From Vicinamibacterales bacterium (GTDB lineage: Bacteria; Acidobacteriota; Vicinamibacteria; Vicinamibacterales; CAVVIG01), in the NCBI GenBank assembly GCA_035534615.1, contig DATLRO010000004.1, positions 10,646 through 74,645 of the forward strand: 64,000 nucleotides of DNA, written 5' to 3'. Shown here in pieces: positions 45,624 to 55,651 of this stretch. Positions within the stretch are counted from its first letter, which is position 1, and each line of letters begins with the position of its first letter. The notes beneath the pieces were generated by a model. The model was not told the origin of the DNA. It saw only the letters and a program-made list of their open reading frames with translations, and did no database searches. Position numbers and translations under genes: made by a program.

Positions 45624-47159
45624 TCAGTGCAGCGCGTCGACCCGCGCCTGCCGCGCCCAGCGCCCGTTCCGCGGCGGCCGTCCGGCCGCCATCCCGCCCC
45701 GCGCCGCGGCCGCGCCGGCCGGCGGCTTCAGGTAGCCGTGGAGCGCGGCCGCGATCGCCGCGACCTCCTCCAGCCCGTCCGACGTCTCCACGAACGGCTG
45801 TCCGGCCCGCTCGTCGAGCACCCGATCGAGATACGTGGTGTCGAACCGCCCCTGAACGAAGTCCGGCTGCCGGAGCATCCAGAGGAAGAACGGGATCGTC
45901 GTCCGGATGCCGCGGATGTCGTATTCGGCGAGCGCCCGCAGCATCCGGGCGGTCGCCTGGGGACGGTCCGTGCCCCACGTGATCAGCTTCGACACCATCG
46001 AGTCGTAGAAGATCGGGACGTCCCAGCCGGCGGTCGCGCCGCTGTCGTCGCGCACCCCCGGGCCGGCCGGCACCCGCAGGCCGAGAATCCGCCCCGGGGC
46101 CGGCATGAAGCCGTTGTCCGGGTCCTCGGCGTAGATGCGGCATTCGATGGCGTGACCGATCGGCCGCAGCAGGCGCTCCGGATCGAGGTCGAGACGCTCG
46201 CCGCGGGCGACGCGGATCTGCCACTGGACGAGATCCTCGCCCGACACCATCTCCGTGACCGGGTGCTCCACCTGGAGGCGGGTGTTCATCTCCAGGAAGT
46301 AGAACCGGCCCTCCTCGTCCAGGAGGAACTCGATGGTGCCGGCGTTCGAGTATCCCACCGACCGGGCCACGGCTGCCGCGGCGGAGGTCATCGCGCGGCG
46401 CAGCCGGTCGTCGACCGCCAGCGAGGGGGTCTCCTCGATGACCTTCTGGTGCCGACGCTGGATCGAACACTCCCGCTCGACGAACGGCAGCACCGTGCCG
46501 TGCAGGTCGCCCAGCAGCTGCACCTCGATGTGGCGGGGCCGGACGAGCTGACGCTCGAGGTACACCGCCGAATCGCCGAACGAGGCGCCGGCCTCGGAGC
46601 GGGCCGCGCGCAGGGCGCCGGACAGGTCGGCCGGATCGGTCACGCTCCGCATGCCCTTGCCGCCGCCGCCGGCGACCGCCTTGACGAGCAGCGGATAGCC
46701 GACGCGGGCCGCCTCGGCCGCGATCGCGGCGTCGCTGACGTCGCCGCCGAGCGGCTCCACGGTGCCGGGCACCACCGGCACGCCGGCCCGGATCGCGGCC
46801 TGCCGCGCGGCGGTCTTGCTGCCCATCAGCTCGATCGCCTCGGGCGACGGGCCGATGAACGTCAGGCCGGCATCCCGGCAGGCGGCCGCGAACTGCTCGT
46901 TCTCGGCGAGGAAGCCGTACCCCGGATGCACGCCGTCGGCGCCGGCACGCCGCGCCACGTCGACCAGGGTGTCGATCCGCAGGTAGCTGTCACGGGCCGG
47001 ATTCGGGCCGATGGCGAACGCTTCGTCCGCGTCTCGCACGTGCAGCGCGGACCGGTCGCACTCGGAATAGACCGCGACCGTCGCAATCCCCATGTCCCGG
47101 CAGGCACGCAGGATCCGGACGGCAATTTCTCCCCGGTTGGCGATCAGAATCTTTTTCAC
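45624..47159 (-). CDS. accC: biotin carboxylase subunit (AccC/PccA N-terminal type)
   Basis: Track ORF 45624-47306. Start preferred at GTG (complement of 47157-47159, VKKILIANRGEIAVRILRA). GGGGKGMR, ATP-grasp motifs, EMNTRLQVEHPVTE. Confidence 0.9.
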   Translation of the reverse strand: MKKILIANRGEIAVRILRACRDMGIATVAVYSECDRSALHVRDADEAFAIGPNPARDSYLRIDTLVDVARRAGADGVHPGYGFLAENEQFAAACRDAGLTFIGPSPEAIELMGSKTAARQAAIRAGVPVVPGTVEPLGGDVSDAAIAAEAARVGYPLLVKAVAGGGGKGMRSVTDPADLSGALRAARSEAGASFGDSAVYLERQLVRPRHIEVQLLGDLHGTVLPFVERECSIQRRHQKVIEETPSLAVDDRLRRAMTSAAAAVARSVGYSNAGTIEFLLDEEGRFYFLEMNTRLQVEHPVTEMVSGEDLVQWQIRVARGERLDLDPERLLRPIGHAIECRIYAEDPDNGFMPAPGRILGLRVPAGPGVRDDSGATAGWDVPIFYDSMVSKLITWGTDRPQATARMLRALAEYDIRGIRTTIPFFLWMLRQPDFVQGRFDTTYLDRVLDERAGQPFVETSDGLEEVAAIAAALHGYLKPPAGAAAARGGMAAGRPPRNGRWARQARVDALH

Positions 47160-47261
47160 GCAAGTCGTCCGCGCGACGTCCAGCCCGGCCACCTGGGAAC
47201 ACGGCTGCCCGCTGAACGCCGACGGCTTGGAGCGACCAGGCAGGATGCGCGTTAAGAGACT

Positions 47262-47270
47262 ATTGTAGCA
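47262..47270 (-). promoter_or_regulatory. extended -10 TGCTACAAT between the carboxyltransferase and biotin carboxylase genes
   Basis: The minus strand reads TGCTACAAT, preceded upstream on that strand by the GC hairpin GGGGCCG-CA-CGGCCCC (47278-47293). Confidence 0.4.
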
Positions 47271-47348
47271 CCCGGCCGGGGCCGTGCGGCCCCGCCGCGC
47301 GCGCACGTCTTCCCCGGTGCGGCCCCGGCAGGGCCCGGCCGGCCGGCG

Positions 47349-48890
47349 CTAGAGGGGGATGTTGCCGTGCTTCTTGGGCGGGTTCTTGTCCCGCTTCGTC
47401 TCCAGGTTGCGCAGCGCGCTGATCAGTTTGGCGCGCGTCCGCCGCGGCAGGATCACCTCGTCCACGAATCCGCGGCCGGCGGCGATGTACGGGTTCGCCA
47501 GCTTCTCCCGCAGTTCGGCCGCCTTCTGCGCCCGCAGCGCGATGGCGTCCGCCGCCGCGTCGAGCTCCCGCTTGTAGAGAATGTTAACCGCCGCCTCCGG
47601 CCCCATCACGGCGATCTCCGCGCTGGGCCACGCATAGTTGAAGTCGGTCCGGATGTGCTTGCTCGCCATGACGCAGTACGCCCCGCCGTACGCCTTGCGC
47701 GTGATCACCGTCACCTTGGGAACGGTCGCTTCGGCGAAGGCATACAGGAGCTTCGCGCCGTGCCGGATGATGCCGCCGTACTCCTGCACGGTGCCCGGCA
47801 GGAACCCGGGCACGTCCTCGAAGGTCACCAGCGGAATATTGAACGCGTCGCAGAAGCGCACGAACCGCGCCCCCTTGACGGACGCGTCGATGTCCAGCGT
47901 GCCGGCCAGATGCGCCGGCTGGTTGGCGACGATGCCGACCGACCGGCCGCCCAGCCGGGCGAAGCCGACGATGATGTTCCGCGCGTAGTGGCGGTGCACC
48001 TCGAGAAACTCGCCGCCGTCGGCCACCGTGTGAATGAGGTCCAGCATGTCGTACGGCTGGTTCGGCGACGCCGGCACCAGCGCGTCGAGCGCCTCGTCCT
48101 CGCGGTCGGACGGATCGGCCGTGTCCACGACCGGGGCGTCGTCGAGGTTGTTGCCCGGCATGAAGCCGAGCAGGTCGCGGATGAGCGCGAGGCACTCCCG
48201 GTCGTCCTCGACGGCGAAGTGCGCGACGCCGCTCGTCTCGTTGTGCGTCATCGCGCCGCCGAGCTGTTCCTTGGAGACCTCCTCGTGCGTGACGGTCCTG
48301 ATGACGTCCGGTCCGGTGACGAACATGTAGCTCGTGTTCTTCACCATCACGGTGAAATCGGTGATCGCGGGCGAGTAGACGGCGCCGCCGGCGCACGGGC
48401 CCATGATCGCCGAGATCTGCGGGACGACCCCCGACGCCAGCGTGTTGCGCAGGAAGATGTCGGCGTAGCCGCCGAGCGACATCACCCCTTCCTGGATGCG
48501 GGCGCCGCCCGAGTCGTTGAGCCCGACGACCGGCGCGCCCACGCGCATCGCCAGGTCCATGATCTTGACGATCTTCGCCGCGTTCGTTTCCGACAGCGAC
48601 CCGCCGAAGACCGTGAAGTCCTGTGCGAACGCGAAGACCTGCCGGCCGTCCACCTGCCCGTGCCCGGCAATCACGCCGTCGCCCGGGATGATCTGGTCGG
48701 CCATCCCGAAGTCCAGGCACCGGTGGGTCACGAGCTTGTCCAGCTCCTCGAACGTGCCGCGATCGAACAGCTGCTCGATGCGTTCCCGCGCCGTCAGCTT
48801 GCCGGCCGCGTGCTGCCGCTCGCGCCGCTCCTCGCCGCCGCCCAGTTCGGCCCGGCGCTCGAGGTCGGCCAGTGTGTCGCGTGGATTCAT
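47349..48890 (-). CDS. acyl-CoA carboxylase carboxyltransferase (beta) subunit (PccB/AccD5-like)
   Basis: 513 aa. [30 protein letters not shown], and two crotonase-fold halves. Confidence 0.9.
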   Translation of the reverse strand: MNPRDTLADLERRAELGGGEERRERQHAAGKLTARERIEQLFDRGTFEELDKLVTHRCLDFGMADQIIPGDGVIAGHGQVDGRQVFAFAQDFTVFGGSLSETNAAKIVKIMDLAMRVGAPVVGLNDSGGARIQEGVMSLGGYADIFLRNTLASGVVPQISAIMGPCAGGAVYSPAITDFTVMVKNTSYMFVTGPDVIRTVTHEEVSKEQLGGAMTHNETSGVAHFAVEDDRECLALIRDLLGFMPGNNLDDAPVVDTADPSDREDEALDALVPASPNQPYDMLDLIHTVADGGEFLEVHRHYARNIIVGFARLGGRSVGIVANQPAHLAGTLDIDASVKGARFVRFCDAFNIPLVTFEDVPGFLPGTVQEYGGIIRHGAKLLYAFAEATVPKVTVITRKAYGGAYCVMASKHIRTDFNYAWPSAEIAVMGPEAAVNILYKRELDAAADAIALRAQKAAELREKLANPYIAAGRGFVDEVILPRRTRAKLISALRNLETKRDKNPPKKHGNIPL

Positions 48891-48930
48891 GGCGTGCGAT
48901 TGTACTATCGATCCGCCGCGTCCGCGCCGC

Positions 48931-50316
48931 TCACCGCGCCGTCTCCTCCACCGTGTTCGACAGCGCGCTGCGGTTCGGCGGCGTCGCCGTGTCGACCGCC
49001 ACGACCGCGTACACGTACCGGACGCCCGGCTTCACGGTCGTGTCCCGGTACGTCGTGTCGTGGATCGGCGCCGGCGTGATCGGCTCCAGCGTCCCGCCCG
49101 GCGCCTCGGCCCTCAGCACGAGATAGCCGGCCAGATCGGTTTCCGTGTTCGCTTCCCAGATCAGGCTGATCGCCCCGGACGAGGCGACCGCCTGGAGCCC
49201 GCGCGGCGCCGCCGGCGGGAACGTGTCGCGCAGCGTCACGCAGGTCGCCGGCGATGGCCGGCTCTCGACCGTCAGCGGCCCGTAGGTGTCGACCGTCCGG
49301 ACCTCGTAGCACCGGCGCGCGCCCCACGTCATCCGCGTGTCGGTGAAGGCCGTGCCGGCGAGAGGCGCGCCGTTCAGCGGGGCCGGCGGCGGCCCGGGCA
49401 CCACCGTGCCGTCCCCCTCGGTGCTCAACGGCGACGGCGGCGCGGGCGGGGCGGTGGCCGGCCGTTCGTACACGTTGTACTGGCTCGCCGGATACGTCGG
49501 GCCGATGATCGACACGCCCGGCAGCACCGTCCCGGTGGCGGGCGCCTGCACCAGCGCCCGCACGAAGGCCGGCGCCGTCCACGTCACCGAAATCTGCTTC
49601 TCCGTGTACGTCACGACCGGCGCCGACGGCGCCAGCGGAGGCGCCACGAGCGGCACCGACGCGACGGTCGACAGCGGCCCCGGACGGCCCTTCGACGTCA
49701 CGCCGACCACATAGTACTGGCGCGCGAGGAGCGTGTCGGGCGGCCCGGCGAGCGGCACGGCCATCTCCGCCGCCGGCACCGGCACCCGCTTCCGCGGCCG
49801 CTCGGGCGGCACGGGCGTCATCAGGGCCGGGGTGATCCGCTCGGCGACGACGATCGTCTCTCCCTGCGCGACCCCCGGGGCCTTGGCGGCCCGGCGCTCG
49901 ATCGCCTGCTGCTCGTGTTCGTCCGCGTCGGGCGGCGGCGCCGGCTTGACGGGAATCCGCGCGACCAGCGTCGCCCGCTTGAAGAACCGGTCGAGATCGA
50001 CCAGGCGCGGCTCGCCCGTGTACCCGTACACCATCAGACGCTCGAGGTTCGCCGACCGCGACCCGTTCGTGTTGGCCACCGGCACGGTCAAGGTGAGCCG
50101 GGCGGTCCGTCCCTGTTCGTGAGCGGTCACGGCCGGCGCGGCCGGCAGGTACAGGATCGGCGGCAGCGGCGGGCCTTTCTTGCCGCACGCGGCCAGGGCG
50201 GCGACGAGCAGCACGCCGGCGGCCCGGCGCAGGCGCCGGCCGCCACGGCCCGGCGCGGCCCCGGCGCCCTCAGTGCGGCCGGCGTCCCGGCAATCGACGC
50301 GCATCGAGCGGGTCAC
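48931..50316 (-). CDS. lipoprotein with LptM/YifL-like lipobox segment and fibronectin-III-like domains
   Basis: 461-aa ORF. The GTG start (complement of 50314-50316) overlaps the hslU TGA as GTGA, and an alternative ATG lies at 50304. [18 protein letters not shown] resembles the CG(Q/L)KGPLY(L/F)P lipoprotein motif. C-terminal [33 protein letters not shown] is Fn3-like. Confidence 0.6.
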   Translation of the reverse strand: MTRSMRVDCRDAGRTEGAGAAPGRGGRRLRRAAGVLLVAALAACGKKGPPLPPILYLPAAPAVTAHEQGRTARLTLTVPVANTNGSRSANLERLMVYGYTGEPRLVDLDRFFKRATLVARIPVKPAPPPDADEHEQQAIERRAAKAPGVAQGETIVVAERITPALMTPVPPERPRKRVPVPAAEMAVPLAGPPDTLLARQYYVVGVTSKGRPGPLSTVASVPLVAPPLAPSAPVVTYTEKQISVTWTAPAFVRALVQAPATGTVLPGVSIIGPTYPASQYNVYERPATAPPAPPSPLSTEGDGTVVPGPPPAPLNGAPLAGTAFTDTRMTWGARRCYEVRTVDTYGPLTVESRPSPATCVTLRDTFPPAAPRGLQAVASSGAISLIWEANTETDLAGYLVLRAEAPGGTLEPITPAPIHDTTYRDTTVKPGVRYVYAVVAVDTATPPNRSALSNTVEETAR

Positions 50317-51689
50317 AGGATGTAACGGGACAGGTCTTCGTTCTTGACGATTTCGGCCAGCATGCGATCGACGTAGGCTTCGTCGATGGTGATCGACTTG
50401 TCCTCGAGATCGGGGCCCTCGAAGGAAATTTCGTCCAACAGCTTTTCCATCACCGTGTGCAGGCGCCGGGCGCCGATGTTCTCCGTCCGCTCGTTGACGC
50501 GCGTCGCGAACTCGGCGATCCGGTGGATGGCGCCGTCCAGGAAGCGGAGCGTGATCCCCTCGGTCTCCATCAGGGCGACGTACTGCTTGATGAGCGCGTT
50601 CTTCGGCTCGGTGAGGATGCGGACGAACTCCTCCTGCCCGAGCGCCTCGAGTTCGACCCGGATCGGGAAGCGGCCCTGGAGCTCGGGAATCAGGTCGGAC
50701 GGCTTGGCGACGTGGAACGCCCCGGCGGCGATGAACAGGATGTGGTCGGTGCGGAGCATCCCGTACTTCGTGTTGACCGTGGTCCCCTCGACGATCGGCA
50801 GGATGTCGCGCTGCACGCCTTCGCGGCTGACGTCGGGCCCCTGCGCCCCCTCGTGCCCGGCGATCTTGTCGATCTCGTCGATGAAGATGATCCCCGTGTC
50901 CTCGACGCGGTCGACCGCGGTGCGCGAGACCGAGTCCATGTCGACCAGCTTCTGTTCCTCTTCCTGGAGCAGGTACTCGAGCGCTTCGGGCACCTTCATC
51001 TTCCGCTTCTTGCTCCGTCCCTGGAAGAGGCCCGGCAGCATGTCCTTGATGTTGATGTCGACTTCCTCGACCGACGACCCGGCGATGATCTCGAAGGACG
51101 GAAACGCCTTCTCCCGCACGTCGATCTCGACCACCCGCGCGTCGAGGCGCCCGTTGCGCAGCAGCTCGCGGAACCGCTCGCGCGTCTGCTGCTGATCGCG
51201 CGCGGCCACCGCGTCCTCGTCCGGCGCCACCGGCCGCGTCGGCGGCAGCAGGAGGTCGAGCAGCCGCTCCTCGGCGTTCTGCTCCGCCTTGCTCCGGACC
51301 TCCTCGAGCCGCTCGTCGCGGACCATGTCCACGGCCAGCTCCACCAGGTCGCGCACCATCGATTCCACGTCGCGCCCGACGTAGCCGACCTCCGTGAACT
51401 TCGAGGCCTCCACCTTGATGAACGGCGACTGCGCCAGCCGCGCCAGCCGGCGCGCGATCTCCGTCTTGCCGACGCCCGTGGGGCCGATCATCAGGATGTT
51501 CTTCGGCGCCACCTCGTCCGCCATCTCCGGCGGCAGCTTCTGCCGCCGCATCCGGTTGCGCAGCGCGATCGCCACCGCCCGCTTCGCCGCCCGCTGGCCG
51601 ATCACGTACTTGTCGAGCTCCGCGACGATCTGGCGCGGCGTGAGCGCCTCGATGCCGGTCGACGTGGTCTCGGGCAGATAGATGGGCAT
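50313..51689 (-). CDS. hslU: ATP-dependent protease ATPase subunit HslU
   Basis: 458 aa. [16 protein letters not shown], Walker [26 protein letters not shown]. Confidence 0.95.
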   Translation of the reverse strand: MPIYLPETTSTGIEALTPRQIVAELDKYVIGQRAAKRAVAIALRNRMRRQKLPPEMADEVAPKNILMIGPTGVGKTEIARRLARLAQSPFIKVEASKFTEVGYVGRDVESMVRDLVELAVDMVRDERLEEVRSKAEQNAEERLLDLLLPPTRPVAPDEDAVAARDQQQTRERFRELLRNGRLDARVVEIDVREKAFPSFEIIAGSSVEEVDINIKDMLPGLFQGRSKKRKMKVPEALEYLLQEEEQKLVDMDSVSRTAVDRVEDTGIIFIDEIDKIAGHEGAQGPDVSREGVQRDILPIVEGTTVNTKYGMLRTDHILFIAAGAFHVAKPSDLIPELQGRFPIRVELEALGQEEFVRILTEPKNALIKQYVALMETEGITLRFLDGAIHRIAEFATRVNERTENIGARRLHTVMEKLLDEISFEGPDLEDKSITIDEAYVDRMLAEIVKNEDLSRYIL

Positions 51690-51735
51690 GATCAGACTTC
51701 GGCCCCCGCCGGCGCGCAGGCCGGCCCGGCGCGCC

Positions 51736-52263
51736 TCACAGCTCCTCGATCACGATGTTCTGGTTCGTATAGATGCAGATCTCGGCCGCCACCGTCATCG
51801 CCCGCTCGGCAATCGCGCGCGCGTCGAGCGCCGAATCCCGCGCCAGCGCCCGCGCCGCCGCCAGCGCATACGGCCCGCCCGACCCGATCGCCACGATGCC
51901 ATCGTCCGGCTCGATGAGATCGCCCGTCCCCGACAGCAGGAACGTGCGCGTCTGATCGACGATGATCAGCATCGCCTCCAGCCGCCGCAGAATCCGGTCG
52001 GACCGCCAGTCCTTGGCCAGCTCGACCGCCGAGCGCTCCAGGTTGCCCCGATACTGCTCGAGCTTCGACTCGAACCGCGCGAACAGCGCGAACGAATCTG
52101 CCGCCGAGCCGGCGAAGCCGGCGAGAATCCGGTCGTTGTAGAGGCGGCGGATCTTGCGCGCGTTCTGCTTGACCACGGTCGCGCCAAGCGTCACCTGGCC
52201 GTCGCCCGCAAGAACCGACCGGCCCTGGTGCCGAATGGCGAGAATCGTCGTGCTGTGAAACAT
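51736..52263 (-). CDS. hslV: ATP-dependent protease subunit HslV
   Basis: 175 aa. [14 protein letters not shown] (N-terminal Thr nucleophile), [24 protein letters not shown]. Confidence 0.95.
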   Translation of the reverse strand: MFHSTTILAIRHQGRSVLAGDGQVTLGATVVKQNARKIRRLYNDRILAGFAGSAADSFALFARFESKLEQYRGNLERSAVELAKDWRSDRILRRLEAMLIIVDQTRTFLLSGTGDLIEPDDGIVAIGSGGPYALAAARALARDSALDARAIAERAMTVAAEICIYTNQNIVIEEL

Positions 52264-52453
52264 GATCGGGGAAGGGCAGACGCGAATCCTGCAGACCGGT
52301 GCCAGACGCGGACTTCAGGCCGACTTTCCGCAGTCTATCGGCCGCTCCCCGGGGTGTCAAGGAAACCGGACGCTGCGCTCCGCCGGAGACAGCCGCCACC
52401 GCGGCGCGCCCGCCCCGACGCCGGAGATGCCCCGTCTCCGGCCGGTCGGCGGC

Positions 52454-52469
52454 TGGCAGGGATGTTGCT
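52454..52469 (+). promoter_or_regulatory. sigma-54 promoter candidate TGGCAG-N5-TTGCT
   Basis: TGGCAGGGATGTTGCT matches TGGCAC-N5-TTGCW with one mismatch and correct spacing. It lies 79 nt upstream of the PEGA gene ATG (52548). Confidence 0.55.
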
Positions 52470-52547
52470 GTCTTGACCGGTGAACGCCGCTTCCGGCCGG
52501 ACCCCACGAGACGACCGCAAGCGCCCGACGTTCGAAGGGTGGTCGTG

Positions 52548-53279
52548 ATGAACACATTCAGACTGACCGTCACCGGTGCGGCGCTCGGCTTGCTCTGCGC
52601 AGCCGGGCTTCCGGCATTCGCCGAAGCGCCGCCTCATCAGGTCGCCAGGCAGGAACCGGGCCTCATGCGCGCGGGGGGCTCCTTCATGCCGGCGGCCGCC
52701 CGCGCCTACAGCGGCGCCCGGCAGGCCGTGCCCCGCGCGGAAGCCGCGCCGCCGCCGCGCTCTGCACCGCCGCCGCGCGAGCAGGCGGTGCCGCGCAACC
52801 CGGCCGAACCGGCGCCGGCCACGGCCGTCGAGCGCCGGTATCCGGGCGACAACAACTCCGGGATGGCCGTTCGACGCGTCGACGATGACGAAGAGGGCGG
52901 GGACGGCGCAGTCATCGTCGGCCTGGGCGACGGTGGCTTCTATGGCAACCCGTTCTGGGCCGATGACGGGTGGGGCCCCGGCTTGGGTTGGGGAGGCTTC
53001 GGTCCGTACGGCTACTCCTCGTACTACGGCTACCACGGCGCCCCCGAGCAGGGCGGCATTCACATCAAGGTGAAGCCGAAGACGGCGTCGGTCTTCGTCG
53101 ACGGGTACTACGTCGGGGTGGTCAACGATTTCAACGGCTTCTTCCAGAAGCTGAAGCTCCAGCCCGGCCCGCACCGGATCGAGATCCGCGAGCAGGGCTT
53201 CAAGCCGATCACGTTCAACGTCAAGACCGAGCCGGGGCAGACCATCACCTACAAGGGCTCGCTCCAGAAGCTTCCATAA
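52548..53279 (+). CDS. secreted PEGA-domain protein with Gly/aromatic-rich central segment
   Basis: Track ORF 52299-53279, ATG at 52548 (MNTFRLTVTGAALGLLCAAGLPAFA signal). GFYGNPFWADDGWGPGLGWGGFGPYGYSSYYGYHG. C-terminal PEGA-like IKVKPKTASVFVDGYYVG...GPHRIEIREQGFKPITF. Confidence 0.75.
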   Translation: MNTFRLTVTGAALGLLCAAGLPAFAEAPPHQVARQEPGLMRAGGSFMPAAARAYSGARQAVPRAEAAPPPRSAPPPREQAVPRNPAEPAPATAVERRYPGDNNSGMAVRRVDDDEEGGDGAVIVGLGDGGFYGNPFWADDGWGPGLGWGGFGPYGYSSYYGYHGAPEQGGIHIKVKPKTASVFVDGYYVGVVNDFNGFFQKLKLQPGPHRIEIREQGFKPITFNVKTEPGQTITYKGSLQKLP

Positions 53280-53291
53280 CGGGGGACGGGC

Positions 53292-53759
53292 ATGGCGGCA
53301 TACAATGCCGCCATGCCCGCGCCCGCCCTCCCCGACCGGAGCCGCCGGCTCCGCGTCATTGCCGCCATCTCCGGTGTCTACGACGCGCTCGTCGGGGTGG
53401 TCATGCTGACCGCCCAGGGCTGGCTGGCGGTGGTCTTCGCGGTCCCGCTGCCGCGCCCGCCCATTCACGCGGACCTGAACGGCGTGTTCCTGCTGGCCGT
53501 GGCGCTCGGCTACCTGATGCCGTACCGCGCGCCGCAGCAGCACCGCGGCTATCTGTGGGTGATGGGGGTGTTCCTCAAGGGGGCGGGCGCGCTGACCTTC
53601 ATCCTCGACCACCTCTTCCGCCACTCGCCGCCGGCGTTCCTGCTGTTCGCCCTGTCGGACGGTACCCTGGCGCTCGTCACACTCTGGGCGCTCCTGACGG
53701 TGCCACCGCCGGAGGCGTCCGGCGCAGGAGCCAGTACAGCGGAATACCGGCCGCAATGA
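53292..53759 (+). CDS. hypothetical membrane protein (about 4 TM)
   Basis: 155 aa with hydrophobic helices. It starts 13 nt after the PEGA gene stop. The 3' end overlaps the convergent permease by 83 nt. Confidence 0.5.
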   Translation: MAAYNAAMPAPALPDRSRRLRVIAAISGVYDALVGVVMLTAQGWLAVVFAVPLPRPPIHADLNGVFLLAVALGYLMPYRAPQQHRGYLWVMGVFLKGAGALTFILDHLFRHSPPAFLLFALSDGTLALVTLWALLTVPPPEASGAGASTAEYRPQ

Positions 53760-55071
53760 CGGCGAGGCCGGCGGCCGACGGCCACGGACTCTCACGCATG
53801 GCGTTCAGCACGATCGCCAGACTGGCGACGGCGAAGAGCCCTGGCGCGAGCGGGTAGCCCCACGCCCGGAACGGCCGCGGCTCGTCCGGACAGCGGCGGC
53901 GCAGCACGAACAGCGCGCAGACGGCGACCCCCGCGAACAGCACGACCGCGAAGCCGGTGTAGGTCAACAGCTGTTCGAACGTCCCCGAGAGCACGAGCAG
54001 GCCGCTCCAGAGCGCCTGCGCCACGATCGCCGCGACCGGCGTCCGGTAGCCCGCGTGGACCCGCGCCGCGCGGTGGAAGAACAGCCCGTCGCGCGCCATC
54101 GCGAAATAGACGCGCGGCCCGGCCAGCACCATCGCGCTGAGACTGCCGAGGATGATCACCAGTGCCAGCAGGCCGATCGCCGAGGCCGCCGCCGGTCCCA
54201 GCAGCTGCGCGGCGACCGTCTCGCCGACCCCGATGCTGCCGGCGAAGCGGTCGATCGGCAGGGCGTAGAGGTAGAGCGCGTTCAGCGCGATGTAGATCGT
54301 GACGACGACCAGCGTGCCGAGCGCCAGGGCGCGCGGCACGTTCCGGCCGGGATCGCGTACCTCTTCCGCGACGTACGCGGCCGCGTTCCAGCCGCTGTAG
54401 CTGAACATCACCGGAATCAGCGCCAGCAGCCAGCTGCCGGCCGACACGGCCTTCGCGGCGTGGAAATGGGCGGCCGCGCCGCCGCCGATGGCGAACCCGA
54501 GCGCGACGAAGATCGCCAGGGCGGCCACCTTCACGCCGGCCAGCGTGTTCTGGAGCAGGCGGCCCGGGCCGAGACCGCGCAGGTGGATGAGTGTCAGGCC
54601 GGCAATCACCGCCAGCGCGACGATCGACCGGCGCGAGACCGACAGCGTCACCAGGCCGAGCGGGACCGACAGGAGCGGCCTCACGTCCCCGGCCGCCGGA
54701 ATGAACCGCCCGAGGTACGCCGCGGCGCCGACCGCGCCGGCGGCGATGGCGCCCGAGAATCCGGCGACGAACGACGTCCAGCCGGTCAGGAACGCCGCCA
54801 GCGGCCCGAAGCTCTCGCGCAGGTACACGTACTCGCCGCCCGCGTGCGGCCGCAGCGCCGCCAGCTCCGCATACGCCATCGCCCCGGCGAACGCCAGCAG
54901 ACCGCCGGCGATCCAGACGCTCAAAATCGCCCACGGGTGCGGCAGCATCTGCGCCACGATCCCGGGCGTCGTGAAGATGCCGACACCAATGACGTTGGAA
55001 ATGACGATGGCCGTGGCGTCGAGCGGGCCGAGACGACGCTCAAGCGTGGGACGGGACTTGATGTCCGGCAC
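53677..55071 (-). CDS. amino acid permease (APC superfamily), paralogue of 22298-23677
   Basis: 464 aa. GPLDATAIVISNVIGVGIFTTP...AELAALRPHAGGEYVYLRESFG. About 12 TM segments. Confidence 0.85.
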   Translation of the reverse strand: MPDIKSRPTLERRLGPLDATAIVISNVIGVGIFTTPGIVAQMLPHPWAILSVWIAGGLLAFAGAMAYAELAALRPHAGGEYVYLRESFGPLAAFLTGWTSFVAGFSGAIAAGAVGAAAYLGRFIPAAGDVRPLLSVPLGLVTLSVSRRSIVALAVIAGLTLIHLRGLGPGRLLQNTLAGVKVAALAIFVALGFAIGGGAAAHFHAAKAVSAGSWLLALIPVMFSYSGWNAAAYVAEEVRDPGRNVPRALALGTLVVVTIYIALNALYLYALPIDRFAGSIGVGETVAAQLLGPAAASAIGLLALVIILGSLSAMVLAGPRVYFAMARDGLFFHRAARVHAGYRTPVAAIVAQALWSGLLVLSGTFEQLLTYTGFAVVLFAGVAVCALFVLRRRCPDEPRPFRAWGYPLAPGLFAVASLAIVLNAMRESPWPSAAGLAVIAAGIPLYWLLRRTPPAVAPSGAPRV

Positions 55072-55128
55072 CGGGGAACCAGGGATCGCGCCGGCAGCGC
55101 GCCGGAGTCCGCCGCGGGGCGAGGCCGC

Positions 55129-55632
55129 TTACGGCGTCAGCAGCACCCGCTTGATGGGGAACTCGCCAAGCTTCGTCCATTGGCTCGAGCCGTACTTGGC
55201 GAACAGCGTCACCTGCGCGTCGACGAACAGATGGTTCTGCAGCATCTGCGGCTCCGGGTCGGTGCCCGTGTAGCCGAGCGACGACTGGAGCGCGAGCACC
55301 GGGGTCGTCGTCCCCGGCGCCAGGCCGTCCGCCCCGGCGACGCTGGTGTACGCCGTGCCCCACTCCTCTTTCTCGCCCACCCGCCGGAACACGGCGTTCA
55401 CCTGCAGGCTCCCCAGCGCAGCGCTGGCGTCATTGGTGAGCTTGAACGAAAAGCTCGGCACGATCTTGTGCTCGCCGCCGACGACTCCGTCGCTGTGCCA
55501 GCCGGACGAGACGTCACTCACCTTCAGGACCTTCTGCAGGTCGACCGCCGGTCCGCCGCACGAGGCCGATACCACGGCCACCGCCAGAGCGGCGCCCCAG
55601 AGCCGGACGGTCCGGATCCACGACTGCGACAT
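55129..55632 (-). CDS. hypothetical lipoprotein
   Basis: 167 aa with a signal and lipobox (LAVAVVSASCGG). The body is predicted beta-rich. No family recognised. Confidence 0.6.
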   Translation of the reverse strand: MSQSWIRTVRLWGAALAVAVVSASCGGPAVDLQKVLKVSDVSSGWHSDGVVGGEHKIVPSFSFKLTNDASAALGSLQVNAVFRRVGEKEEWGTAYTSVAGADGLAPGTTTPVLALQSSLGYTGTDPEPQMLQNHLFVDAQVTLFAKYGSSQWTKLGEFPIKRVLLTP

Positions 55633-55651
55633 GCCTCCTATTGTAGTGCAA

